Shown: positions 1 through 11,173 of the stretch, piece by piece
Layout of the letters: each line of letters starts with the position of its first letter
How positions within the stretch are numbered: position 1 is the first letter of the stretch
Assembly (NCBI GenBank): GCA_007376395.1
Contig: VMGE01000005.1
Coordinates: forward strand, 2,821-66,820
From: Microgenomates group bacterium Gr01-1014_5
Lineage (GTDB): Bacteria; Patescibacteriota; Microgenomatia; UBA8517; UBA10165
Reading direction: 5' to 3'
DNA length: 64,000 nucleotides
Position numbers and translations under genes: made by a program
The notes under the pieces: model-generated
Seen by the model: only the letters and a program-made list of their open reading frames with translations
The model's database searches: none
Told to the model about the DNA's origin: nothing

Positions 1-516
1 AGCTAAAACTACCGTCAAAAGAATTCTGACCCCTAACTCAGCCATCATACTCAATACATACTTATCGAATTTCAGCAGGCCTTGTAAAATTGATCTTCCC
101 ACGGAAACTATTAGAGAGACGAAAAGTGCAGGACCTAGTAAATAAATTGCAGCAGGTTGAGTGATGTTTAAAAATTTAATAATTAGCGGAGATGCAACCA
201 GAGCCAAGATTCCGATAACTCCTCCTACTAAAATACTCCACCAACTAAACCACTTTATATAATTATTGACAGTATTCTCTTTTTTCTCGCTGGCAATAAA
301 CCTGATAATTGTCATGCCGATTGCCAAATGAATGATACCTATTTCTCCAATTATCGAGAGGATTGCTGCTAAATCACCGTAGTAAGCCTTTCCTAAAATC
401 CTCGCCGCCAGCAAGTGGTAAAAAAACTGACCTGCGTTAAAGATATTGAGGCCAATAAGCATTGTCATGCTACCTGTAAAAAATGGGTGTTTGGTAAAAT
501 TTATTAACTTATTCAT
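1..516 (-). CDS. Wzx-like oligosaccharide flippase (MOP family), N-terminal part only; gene continues beyond the window start
   Basis: Reverse-strand translation from ATG (rc at 514..516) gives MNKLINFTKHPFFTGSMTMLIGLNIFNAGQFFYHLLAARILGKAYYGDLAAILSI..., clearly paralogous to the N-terminus of the 1315..2598 protein; open to window edge; not in ORF track because truncated. Confidence 0.55.
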   Translation of the reverse strand, partial: MNKLINFTKHPFFTGSMTMLIGLNIFNAGQFFYHLLAARILGKAYYGDLAAILSIIGEIGIIHLAIGMTIIRFIASEKKENTVNNYIKWFSWWSILVGGVIGILALVASPLIIKFLNITQPAAIYLLGPALFVSLIVSVGRSILQGLLKFDKYVLSMMAELGVRILLTVVLA

Positions 517-535
517 CTTCTCTATAAATAGGGGG

Positions 536-1339
536 TTAGCGAGTTGTTTTGAGCTTGTTTGTTGTCAAATCAATATCGGGATCTTTGAGCCAATTATTAC
601 GGTTAGCGTCATCATAATAACGAAGGATTTTTAATCGATAGAAAACTGCAATAGTGTCCCAGGCCATATCAAAGATAGTTTTCCATCGAATAGCACTAGT
701 AGTCTTGTCAAATGTTAGCTCGATCGGAGCCTCGTAAATCCTCCTAAATCCTAAATACCACGAAACGGCTAGCATTTCTATATCCATCGCATACTTTTTA
801 ACTAACAATCTTGGCAGTATTTTTTCCAAAACTTCTCTTTTGAATATCTTAATTCCGCTCTGGGTATCTTTTAAAGGAAGATCAAATAAAATTCTTACCA
901 TGAAGTGATATCCTATGCTGTATATTCGACGGCGCAGTGGGTAATTGACACGGGAAGCAGGATGACGCTTCGATCCAACAATAATATCTGCGTTATACCA
1001 CTCCAAGTGAGACATTAACACCATTATTCCTTTTGGACTGATGTCCATTCCCGCATCTAAAAATGAGACAAGGTCGCCACGGGACCTTACCATTCCAAAA
1101 CGGATAGCATAACCTTTTCCCATATTGTCCTTGTACCCATACACTTTTATTTTTTTAGATTTAAGCGTACTCGCCTCTTGAAAAGTTCTGTCCTTTTCTC
1201 CGTCTACAACACAAATTACTTCGTAATCATAATCTACCAACCCTTCCATAAGGGTTTCGTTTATGTTTTGCAAATCACGCTTAATTGTTTTTTCCTGTTT
1301 GTAAGCAGGAATTATTATAGAGATAAGTTTTTTACGCAT
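536..1339 (-). CDS. GT2 glycosyltransferase, polyprenol-phosphate sugar synthase type (Dpm1/ArnC/GtrB-like)
   Basis: IIIPAYKQEKTI...VVDGEKDRT...DAGMDISP; GT2 DxD-type N-terminal fold; C-terminal amphipathic region. Confidence 0.7.
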   Translation of the reverse strand: MRKKLISIIIPAYKQEKTIKRDLQNINETLMEGLVDYDYEVICVVDGEKDRTFQEASTLKSKKIKVYGYKDNMGKGYAIRFGMVRSRGDLVSFLDAGMDISPKGIMVLMSHLEWYNADIIVGSKRHPASRVNYPLRRRIYSIGYHFMVRILFDLPLKDTQSGIKIFKREVLEKILPRLLVKKYAMDIEMLAVSWYLGFRRIYEAPIELTFDKTTSAIRWKTIFDMAWDTIAVFYRLKILRYYDDANRNNWLKDPDIDLTTNKLKTTR

Positions 1340-2591
1340 TTCTTATTTACGGCAGCGTGGTACGGAAAGTATACAAGAAGGCAAATTACCAGTAAAGCTA
1401 CCGAAAGTATCGACATCTGGACTACTTGCAATAAATTATTATGAAAAAGCACAATTAAGGTGATTTGTAAAAAGGCTGCCGCGATAAAGTAACCAACAAC
1501 AAAGGTTTTTCCAATCGAGAGATAAAACTGAATAAAAAGCATCGCAAACGAAAGTAGTCCCATAAATAATCCAAACCACCAAAGCATAGATGACCCTTCA
1601 AGAAAGCCACTACCTAAAACAGAAAGGAAGACTTTGGGTGTTACTAGATAAAAAAGTATGATAATTCCGGCAATACCTGCCGTGAGAAGTAAACTAAGAT
1701 AAAAAATGCTGTGATACGACTCACCATGGGAGTGTCTCTTAGCAATCAAGGGAAACATTACGTGTGCAATAGGAAAGGCCGCGAAAAAGACAATACTCCC
1801 CAGTTTTGTTAAACCTGCGTATAAACCAGCAGTCTCAGGTGAAAAATAATGCTTTACTAAGAATAAATCCGTTGAATACATCGAAGTTAAAGCAATTCCT
1901 TGCAAAAAGGCTGGTATTGAATATTTAAATAAACTGTTTGAATTTGGAGAATGTGCCTTTTTGTTTAAGAAATATTTGCGTAACGGAAAAAGTCCAACCA
2001 AAAACGATAGTGCTACCGCAATAGACACCGCCAGCATGCCTCCTACAACAGCATATCCTGCAGTAAAAAATATCATTACTAAAATAAGTTTAACTCCAAC
2101 TTCAGATAACACGCCTACAACATACCAGCCGAACTTTAACATTCCTTGTAATATTGAGCGGGTAATACTAACAAGGGAGTAGAAAAAAATAACAGGAGCA
2201 AGATAATATGTGGCTTGAGACTGCGATAGATTTAAAAAGTCAGATATAAAGTTTGCTGAAACCAATATAAATATAGCTATTATCAACCCGAATACTGTGC
2301 TCCAATTTAGTGCCCATTTTACTAAACCGCTTACTTTTTTTTCATCTCTCTCAGACGCGATAAATTTAACAACGGTCAGACCTAAAGAAATTTGTACTAG
2401 TGCAAAAATTCCTAAAATATTCATTAAAACCGCCAAGTCTCCGTATTGCGCCTTTCCCAAAACTCGACCTGCGATAATGTGGAAAAGGAATTGACCGGCG
2501 TGGTAAACATTTGTTCCCAACAACATCAAGACACTCCCTGAAAAAAGGGGATTTGTAATTATTTTCTCTCTAATTAACACCACAGCTCTAT

Positions 2592-2598
<7 letters not shown>
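1315..2598 (-). CDS. Wzx-like oligosaccharide/polysaccharide flippase (MOP superfamily)
   Basis: 427 aa, ~12 predicted TM helices, N-terminus typical of polysaccharide biosynthesis protein family; paralog of 1..516 and 26354..27835. Confidence 0.65.
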
Positions 2599-3609
<1,011 letters not shown>

Positions 3610-3617
<8 letters not shown>

Positions 3618-4497
3618 TTAAAAGTCTCCAGTATGCTCTCGGAAATCTTAAGGCAGAGAAAAAAGAAAAAACAACTCCTTGCCAACCGTCTAATATACCC
3701 TTGTGTCTAATCTGGGTCAGAAAAAACCAATTTAAAGGTTTAAGGACAAAATAATTAACAAGATTAGGCAGGTTCTTTTTTTCTTTGGTTTCTTTGAGCT
3801 CGTCACGGATCAGGTCGACGTATCTTGAGTTTCTTTGTAAATACCGAGCAAAAGTTGGAGAGTCAAGGTGTAATAAAGGGTTTTTTAACCAGCCAACTCG
3901 ACCATCAATCACGATTTGTTCATGAACGCTTTTTTGAGGGAAATGCGCCTTATCTCTTTTTACCAAACGTATGACGCCGTCTGGATAAACCCCGCCGTAT
4001 CTTAAAAATTTACCCAAAAAATAATTTAGCCTGGGAATGAAAAACCCAGCATATTCCCCACTTTCTGTGCCTATTTTTCCATCCCGCTCTTCAATTAAAT
4101 TTCTGTGTCTGGCGAACAAACCTTTCTCTGGTAAATTATTTTGATACTCATCTAGCTCTTCTTCAGTTAAGTTAAGTATATTGACAATCTCGTCGGCAAG
4201 TGCCGGTGTCACTCTTTCGTCAGCATCTAACTGTAAAACCCACTCGCTTCCTGCCACCCTTAAGGCTTTCTCTTTGTTAATATGAAAAATTGGCGGATTT
4301 GTAGTTTTTATAATTCTTGCTCCGTATGAAGCCGCTATTTCTCTTGTGTTATCTGTGGAAGAACCATCGACAACTACAATCTCGTGAGCGATATTTTTTA
4401 TAGACCCTAAACACTCTCTCAGGTTCCCTTCCTCGTTATATGTTGCCAAGACTACCGATAATTTTCTTCTATGTCCTGTGTGTTGTTGTACTACCAT
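3610..4497 (-). CDS. GT2 glycosyltransferase
   Basis: LSVVLATYNEEGNLRECL...IVVVDGSSTDNT...QLDADE. Confidence 0.75.
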
Positions 4498-6117
4498 TTA
4501 GTTTCCTACCACCTTAAAAGCAATTCTGCCGCTTGGAAAGTATATCGTTTTTAAGACGTTGGCTCCATCCGGTATTTCATTTGGAGCTCCTGCAACAATG
4601 GCGTTTGGAAACTCTGCCCTCTTTTGATCCCACGGGGAGAGACTAGTAAATCTATATTTGCCAAATGACCCAACTGTAGAAAAACCATACTGATCTTTCC
4701 CAGTTAATACGTGTTCTTGTTGAAAGTTGCGAGGCGGATATTTTAGATAAAAAAGAGTGAGTATGTAGGGCTGGTCATAGCGATCAGTAATGGCTACCTG
4801 CTGAAACTTATCATCGTTTTCTTTAACGTAAGATATTAACTCTTTAACTCCATATTGCGACGAATAATCGTAGGTCTTTGCTAAGTGCGTGTAATATTGG
4901 TGCAAATAACGGGTAAAATCCCAGACGTAAAAAGTAACAAGTAAGACGTAACAAGTAACACGTAGCTTTTTACTCTTAAACACTTTCCCCAACCACCCCA
5001 ATACCCCCAAGGCGCCATACGCGCTAATAAGAATCAATGGGACTACCATGTTTTGTGCCCGCAGGGCATGAGGGGATTGGAAAGTTAAGGCAGCAGCAGT
5101 TGGTGCGACTAGTAACCAAAGCAAGATTGGCCGCCAACTTCCAGTACTTTTTGCAATCGTTACGAGTCCGGCTACTAAAAAGATTAGATCCAACATGTAC
5201 ATTTGTCCAAAATCCGGCACTTTATTACGTTGAATTTCATCTCCTGATAAAAACAAAAATTCTCCCCAATAATGTTCTGTATAATTTTTCGCAAATGCTA
5301 AACCATAATTTACCAACTTATTGTGGAATACTTTTGTCAAAAGACTGTTTATATCCCCGTGCTCTCCTCTCTGCTCGTTTATCTGCCAAAATGGACCTGT
5401 GTCGGCAAACAGACCAACCCCAGCAGCTCGGGAAACCCCGGCAGGACCAAGAATTTCTAAAAGTAACGGTATAACAACCAGAAGCGAGATCACACCTGGC
5501 AATACCAGTTGCCCAATTTGTTTCTTAATCTTTTTCCATTCAATTATTAATAATCCTAGTATTAACAAAGGCACAACTACTCTTGCCGCGTGATAAGTAT
5601 AGAGGGAGCATACAAAAGCTAAACCGGAAACAAAATACCACTTTTTTCCGCCTTTCAGAAACGCAAACAGACCAAGGGTAATAAAGAATGTCCCGGCATT
5701 AACCTCCCATCCTCCTCTGGAAAAATGTATATGCCAAGGACTTATTGCCAAAAATAGAGCTGATAGTTCGGCAAAACCTTTTTTCTGGGGTAACAACCTC
5801 TTTGCTAAACACCAAACCAAGATGACAGTCCCTACGCCAAGTAAAACCCCGGGTAACCTGACCGCAAGCTCAGTTAATCCAAAAACAGTCACAAAAGGTA
5901 ATACCAGATAAAAATAAAGGCCAGGTTTGAAGTCATTAAAAGATTGAAAATGTATTGGCCAAGGGTTTCCGTGTTCGTCTTTCCCTGTCTCCAATAGAGA
6001 ATAGGCATTATAACCAATTGCCGCTTCGTCAGCGTTAAGAGCAGGCAAAGAAGTAATACTGTAAAGCCTGAGGGCTATAGCAAGAAGAACAATTATCCCA
6101 AAAAATAATTTTTGCAT
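4498..6117 (-). CDS. GT39/PMT-family GT-C membrane glycosyltransferase (COG1807-like), paralog A1
   Basis: N-terminal loop LNADEAAIGYNAYSLLETGKDEHG, many TM helices, ~540 aa; one of 8 paralogs. Confidence 0.7.
   Translation of the reverse strand: MQKLFFGIIVLLAIALRLYSITSLPALNADEAAIGYNAYSLLETGKDEHGNPWPIHFQSFNDFKPGLYFYLVLPFVTVFGLTELAVRLPGVLLGVGTVILVWCLAKRLLPQKKGFAELSALFLAISPWHIHFSRGGWEVNAGTFFITLGLFAFLKGGKKWYFVSGLAFVCSLYTYHAARVVVPLLILGLLIIEWKKIKKQIGQLVLPGVISLLVVIPLLLEILGPAGVSRAAGVGLFADTGPFWQINEQRGEHGDINSLLTKVFHNKLVNYGLAFAKNYTEHYWGEFLFLSGDEIQRNKVPDFGQMYMLDLIFLVAGLVTIAKSTGSWRPILLWLLVAPTAAALTFQSPHALRAQNMVVPLILISAYGALGVLGWLGKVFKSKKLRVTCYVLLVTFYVWDFTRYLHQYYTHLAKTYDYSSQYGVKELISYVKENDDKFQQVAITDRYDQPYILTLFYLKYPPRNFQQEHVLTGKDQYGFSTVGSFGKYRFTSLSPWDQKRAEFPNAIVAGAPNEIPDGANVLKTIYFPSGRIAFKVVGN
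4925..4966. repeat. heptad array (A[AC]GTA[AG]N x6; rc TTACTTG-type) inside GT39 CDS
   Basis: acgtaaa aagtaac aagtaag acgtaac aagtaac acgtagc. Confidence 0.7.
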
Positions 6118-7817
6118 TTTATTTTTGCTAGGCGAATACCGTGGAATTTATTCCACGGATGAAGCCAGCGGAAACAAACTTTTCTCTGAAAAGAGAATAC
6201 CGAGGGTTTTAACCCAAATTCTTTCTCGTTGCTTGAATCCTGCGGGGGAATTTTTATCAGATCCGCAACAAACAACATTCCAGATTTCCCTCTATCCTCC
6301 CTCCAGCTTATTTCTCGGAACTGGATATTTTCAAACCCAGAGACAAGCCCAACGTCGCCGTATTGGCTTGGCAAGAAAACATCTTCTGACAGCGCTTGGT
6401 ATTTTCCCGGGTCATACTGGTTATAAAAAAGAAAGAAAATATAGGGCTGGGCATAACTCTGTTGGATAACGATGTTCGTGTACTTGGTTTGCAGGGGCTT
6501 CAATTTTTCCACTAATTGTTTGTACCCATAATGCCAATACTCTGAATATTTTTTTGGTGCGTGTACCCAATACTGATCAAGATAATAGCCAAAACTAAAT
6601 AGATATAAAACACCCAATCCCAGCCATAAACCCTTTTGCCATATACACTTTGCCTGCAAATTTTGTAATAAATAATTACCACCTAAGGCCAATATAAAAA
6701 CTAGTGGAATTACCATATTTAACGAGCGCACAGCATGAATTGAATCTCTTGAAAGAGCCGCGGGCAAAGGGGCAAATAAAAGCCATAAAATCACAAATAT
6801 CCCCACTCTCCGGTTTTTTAAGCGCGTCAGAGCAACAAGTCCAAACAGCAAAACTAACGCGTCGGCAAATAACATAACACCTGTTTCCGACACTCTGTGT
6901 CTAGGACTACTCCAATCTCCTTCAAAAAATAGAAAGCGGCCAGAATAATGATTCATCCAGCGTCCTGCAATGCCCCGCAGAAAGTTGAGTGGTTCCGAGT
7001 GATAAAGAGCATATTGTAAAGAATCTTTAGTTATATTTTCTTGTTTGAGAATATCCTGTATATATTCTTCAGATCTCGGGTACGAAAAAACACTGTAGAC
7101 CTCAAGCCTTCCCGCCTTCCCTGACAAAAGGCTGAAAAAGACAGGTAAAGCGATAAGCATCCCTATTAAAAATCCTATTACTATATTTCTTCTCGGCAAA
7201 GAAAGAGCTTCTTTTCTAAAAGTTAACAAAAGTAGCATTACGACTATAAATGAAGATAGTTTTGCACCCTGATAAGCCCAAAGAGTTAGGGCAAAAAATA
7301 AAGCCGAGAGGTAAATATATTTCGGTTTTTTGGAGACCGCTTGTATGAAAAAGTAGACACCAAAAAGCAAAAGGGTTAAAGAAAAATTTGCTTCCCAAGC
7401 GCTGCGGGAAAATTGCAGATGCCATGGAGAAATAGTTAAAAATACCGCACTTAAAAGTGCTACTCTTCTTGAGAAAAGATTTTTACCGATTAAATAAACC
7501 AGTAAAACTGCCACGATTCCAGCAACCGCAGAAGCCGCGCGGGTTGAAAATTCGTTTAGACCCAATGTAGCCACAAATGGCACAGTCGCGTAGATATACA
7601 AACCGGGTTTCCAGTCTCCAAATGATTTAAAGATAATCGGTAAAAACTCGCCGTGTTCATCTCTTGCCGTTTTGAGTATTGAGTACGCATTGTAACCCAA
7701 AGCTGCTTCATCGTTAGTTAAATGAGGCGGGTTTGTGCCCAATCCCCAAAGTCTGAGAATCGTCGCTAGCGCGAGAATTAATAATAGTAATTTATGCTTG
7801 CTAATTATTTGCAACAT
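6093..7817 (-). CDS. GT39/PMT-family GT-C membrane glycosyltransferase, paralog A2 (C-terminal tail encoded by 86-bp repeat)
   Basis: LTNDEAALGYNAYSILKTARDEHG loop motif; last ~30 codons overlap repeat 6130..6215. Confidence 0.7.
   Translation of the reverse strand: MLQIISKHKLLLLILALATILRLWGLGTNPPHLTNDEAALGYNAYSILKTARDEHGEFLPIIFKSFGDWKPGLYIYATVPFVATLGLNEFSTRAASAVAGIVAVLLVYLIGKNLFSRRVALLSAVFLTISPWHLQFSRSAWEANFSLTLLLFGVYFFIQAVSKKPKYIYLSALFFALTLWAYQGAKLSSFIVVMLLLLTFRKEALSLPRRNIVIGFLIGMLIALPVFFSLLSGKAGRLEVYSVFSYPRSEEYIQDILKQENITKDSLQYALYHSEPLNFLRGIAGRWMNHYSGRFLFFEGDWSSPRHRVSETGVMLFADALVLLFGLVALTRLKNRRVGIFVILWLLFAPLPAALSRDSIHAVRSLNMVIPLVFILALGGNYLLQNLQAKCIWQKGLWLGLGVLYLFSFGYYLDQYWVHAPKKYSEYWHYGYKQLVEKLKPLQTKYTNIVIQQSYAQPYIFFLFYNQYDPGKYQALSEDVFLPSQYGDVGLVSGFENIQFREISWREDRGKSGMLFVADLIKIPPQDSSNEKEFGLKPSVFSFQRKVCFRWLHPWNKFHGIRLAKIKCKNYFLG
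6130..6215 (+). repeat. 86-bp hairpin-containing repeat element, copy 1 (inside 3' end of CDS 6093..7817, antisense to gene)
   Basis: aggcgaataccgtggaatttattccacggatgaagccagcggaaacaaacttttctctgaaaagagaataccgagggttttaaccc identical to rc of 14583..14668. Confidence 0.85.
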
Positions 7818-9468
7818 CGTTTTCTAATATATCAAATGCCGGTTTGTTATCCAAAAATTTGATTGTTTTAAGTTTTTTCCATCCTGGAGGATATGTATTT
7901 GGGCTGGTGATTAACAACGTTTTAGAAGAAATATCGATTGGCTTATCTCGCTCAGTCTTCCAGCCTATATTTTCGTTCTTGGGTATTTCCCAATCGTTAA
8001 CAAAAATAAATTTATCAAAACCGTCAACCCAAAACCAACCTGATTGGGCATATCTTTCAAGTTTTTGATCATTCCTATATTTATCCGGATCCCAAGGCCA
8101 GTAAAAAAGGAAAAACTCATGGGGCTCGCCATATTTTTTAGTCACAATAATTTGATCATACTTATCGTAGTTGGTCTTAGTGTAATCTACGGCTTCTTTA
8201 TACCCATACTGCCAAGTCCACGAGTAGTTTTTTGTATAAGAACCAAAATAATTAACCATATAGAATCCTAATGAGACGACTAAAATTACTAAATAAATTC
8301 CACTGACATATTTTTTTATTGACTGAGAAAACTTAACTTGGGCGATAAACTTCCACAATCCGAATGCGGTGATGATTAAGGGTACCGGCAAAAACGTGAT
8401 CGACCTTAAAACGTGAGGTGCCTCTCGAGTCAACGCTGCGGGAATAGGTGCAAGCAACAGCCAGCCTAACATAAAAAAACCTGTTTTAGTTCTTCCTTTT
8501 AACAGTAATAGCACCCCTAAATAGAAAAATGGGATATTAACTAGATACAGCAGGCTTGTTCCAGGAATACTAAATTGGTAATGTGTCCCGCCGTTAATAA
8601 ACAAAAATTGTGGAGTTAAGTGAGCCAGGTAATTTTTGGCAAAGTTGAAGCCAAAATAAGTAGCTTTATTGTAAAGAATTCTAGAAACAAATGGATCAAG
8701 ATCACTGCTGTTTCTTAAGTTCTCTATCTGATTTATCGCTCCTTCGTCGAGAATAGCGACAAGGCTGTAACGCGCCTGCCCCTCTGGATTTACCATTTGC
8801 CAAACTACTCCACTCAAAAGGAGGAAGAAAATTACAATCGCAGGAAGATGTTTTTTAAGTTGTTCTGTTCGCAAGCTATCCCGATATGCAAAACAAAGAC
8901 AAATTGCAAAGAGAGGAACAAAAACCCGATATGAGTTGTATGTCCACATCGAAAAGCCCAAAAATAACGCTGCTAAGATGAAATTTGCCCTTGGAGGCTG
9001 AAAAAGAAAATAGGCTCCTGCAGTAAACAAAGCCAAGGCCAAGTTAGCTTCTAAACCTGCCCGAGAGAGAAACAACGACCAGGGTACAACAGCAACCAGA
9101 AATGCCGATACTAAACCAACTTGTTTAGTAAATAAGCGGTTGGCCAAAAGGTAAGTAAAAATAACAGTCAAGACGCCGGCAAATGCCGATGGTAGTCTTA
9201 CCGCAAACTCGTTTAAGCCAAAGAATGCTTCTGAAATAGAAGTAAGATAAGTATAAACAGGCAGTTTGTAATCTCCGTAGGCTCTAAAAATCATCGGCCA
9301 GGATACGCCCCATTCATCTTTTCCGGTTTTTAATATTGAATACGCGTTATACCCATGGGAGATTTCGTCCCAATTTAGAGCAGGAGGCACCGCTGAAATT
9401 TGAAAAAAACGCAAAAATGCTGCTAAGAGAACAATCCCTACAAGTAAAAATTTATAATGTTTGAGCAT
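7801..9468 (-). CDS. GT39/PMT-family GT-C membrane glycosyltransferase, paralog A3
   Basis: LNWDEISHGYNAYSILKTGKDEWG. Confidence 0.7.
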   Translation of the reverse strand: MLKHYKFLLVGIVLLAAFLRFFQISAVPPALNWDEISHGYNAYSILKTGKDEWGVSWPMIFRAYGDYKLPVYTYLTSISEAFFGLNEFAVRLPSAFAGVLTVIFTYLLANRLFTKQVGLVSAFLVAVVPWSLFLSRAGLEANLALALFTAGAYFLFQPPRANFILAALFLGFSMWTYNSYRVFVPLFAICLCFAYRDSLRTEQLKKHLPAIVIFFLLLSGVVWQMVNPEGQARYSLVAILDEGAINQIENLRNSSDLDPFVSRILYNKATYFGFNFAKNYLAHLTPQFLFINGGTHYQFSIPGTSLLYLVNIPFFYLGVLLLLKGRTKTGFFMLGWLLLAPIPAALTREAPHVLRSITFLPVPLIITAFGLWKFIAQVKFSQSIKKYVSGIYLVILVVSLGFYMVNYFGSYTKNYSWTWQYGYKEAVDYTKTNYDKYDQIIVTKKYGEPHEFFLFYWPWDPDKYRNDQKLERYAQSGWFWVDGFDKFIFVNDWEIPKNENIGWKTERDKPIDISSKTLLITSPNTYPPGWKKLKTIKFLDNKPAFDILENDVANN

Positions 9469-11155
9469 ATGTGGCTTTTGAAGGATCGACTATTAAGACT
9501 GCCGGTTTGCCTCCAGGATAATAAACAGTTTTTTGCGCAACGATATTTTGCGGAAAATCTTGCGGTTGTCCAACAAATAATACAGAGTCCAAACTAGATT
9601 CTAGTTTATAGTCGAAAGTTTTGAACACATATTTGCCCAATTTATATTCTCCGAGCTGATCGACAAATAATTTTCCTTCTGCCTCGTACCGTAACCAATC
9701 GCGGGAGGCATCCTGTACAACTTTTGGATCTAATTGATTATAAAAGGCTACGTAGATCTGGGGTTCGGAAAATCTCTTGCTAACAACTATTTGACTATAT
9801 TCCCCTTCTGTACTTTTAAGATACTCTACTGCCTGTCTCCATCCATAACTCATAAAACGGGAGTTTTGCACAGGAGCGTGATAGAAGTAACTTTCCAAGA
9901 AAAACACTAATGAAACTAATAGAGCGACAACGAAACAATTCAATAATTTTTGTGCTTTAATATTCCTGTATTTAGATATCAAACTAAGACAGGCGAGTGT
10001 ACCAACCGCTGAGATTATTTGAATTGCCGGCATGGCAAGAGCAGCTCTATTGGCAGCATACCCCGGACCCTTAGCTAACGCCGCAGGAATAAACGAGATT
10101 AAAAGCCAAAAGATTATTAGTTTTCCTGCAAAGCCTGTACCGGGTTTGGTGAAAATTATCAAACCCGCAATAAACATCGGTAATTCAATCAAATAAAGTA
10201 GGCCAATTCCTGGTGAAAGCCCATAAGTAGATTCACCCGCTCCGTTGGTAAAAAGGAATTGAGGTGAAAGATAAGAAAGATAATTATTAATAAATTGACC
10301 TAGGGTATAACTGACTTTATTCGAGAACAACCTCGCCAACTCATCTTGCAACCCTTGCAGCACAGCTTCATAACGCCTGTCGGCAACAGCCCCCCAACCC
10401 CCGGTAGGACTAAAGATTGCGACGTCGGCTACCCTTGTGTTTCCACCTAAAAAGCTTGTGGAAAGAGCTGTAAATAAAAACAAAACAAATACTGCAACGG
10501 CTAATGTATATTTTTTAACAAAGCCAATCCACTGATCTCTTGGTATTTTCCAAATAACTAAAAAGAAAAGCAATACTGGGGCAATTACTCTTGCTGAATA
10601 ATAGGAAAACAGGCTCAGACCAAACAGCAACCCTGAAAAAAGCATATATTTTTTTGCTTCTAGCCCCCTTAAAAAAGCCCAAATACCCAGAGGTAAGAGC
10701 AAGGTCGGCAAATTGGGTTCAAAAGCCCCCCTTGAGAGCGAGATGTGCCAGGGAGAGATAGCAAGAAGAAAAGCTGAAAGTAAGGCCAGTTTTTTACTAT
10801 CAAACACATTCTGCTTGGCAAACAGCTCAATTGTCACTAAATAAACTACCAATACAGCCAAAGAGCCAAAAATTACAGCAGGAAAACGTACGGAGAATTC
10901 GTTTAAGCCAAAAATAGCTACGCTTGGTACAGTTAAATAGGTATATAAAGGAGCCCTGTAATCCCCGTATGAACGCGGAGCAAGAGGAAACGCCTGTCCC
11001 CACTCATCCTTGCCGGTTTTAAGCAATGAATAGGCCGTATAACCTTGTCCTGCCTCGTCAGGACTAAAACCAGCCGGATAATCCGTAATCTGGTAAACGC
11101 GAAGCAAAAAAGCTAAAATCAGAATACTCCACAAGATCATTTTTTGCATACTCAA
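9452..11155 (-). CDS. GT39/PMT-family GT-C membrane glycosyltransferase, paralog A4
   Basis: FSPDEAGQGYTAYSLLKTGKDEWG. Confidence 0.7.
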   Translation of the reverse strand: MSMQKMILWSILILAFLLRVYQITDYPAGFSPDEAGQGYTAYSLLKTGKDEWGQAFPLAPRSYGDYRAPLYTYLTVPSVAIFGLNEFSVRFPAVIFGSLAVLVVYLVTIELFAKQNVFDSKKLALLSAFLLAISPWHISLSRGAFEPNLPTLLLPLGIWAFLRGLEAKKYMLFSGLLFGLSLFSYYSARVIAPVLLFFLVIWKIPRDQWIGFVKKYTLAVAVFVLFLFTALSTSFLGGNTRVADVAIFSPTGGWGAVADRRYEAVLQGLQDELARLFSNKVSYTLGQFINNYLSYLSPQFLFTNGAGESTYGLSPGIGLLYLIELPMFIAGLIIFTKPGTGFAGKLIIFWLLISFIPAALAKGPGYAANRAALAMPAIQIISAVGTLACLSLISKYRNIKAQKLLNCFVVALLVSLVFFLESYFYHAPVQNSRFMSYGWRQAVEYLKSTEGEYSQIVVSKRFSEPQIYVAFYNQLDPKVVQDASRDWLRYEAEGKLFVDQLGEYKLGKYVFKTFDYKLESSLDSVLFVGQPQDFPQNIVAQKTVYYPGGKPAVLIVDPSKATYAQTL

Positions 11156-11173
11156 ATTATAACCTAAATTAGG

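Noticed and set aside
5037-5474. + strand ORFs (also 33622..33945, 51320..51949, 40742..40963 and similar) inside minus-strand genes
   Set aside because: These are shadow ORFs opposite well-supported protein-coding genes. 51320..51949 and 40742..40963 arise from low-complexity or GC-rich DNA that is open in several frames.
6125-6469. 114-aa + strand ORF starting MLGEYRGIYSTDEASGNKLFSEKRIPRVL
   Set aside because: It is an artefact of the 86-bp repeat (the same peptide is genuinely encoded in sense inside gene 14103..15524). It lies antisense within the 6093..7817 GT39 gene and has no start-site signals.
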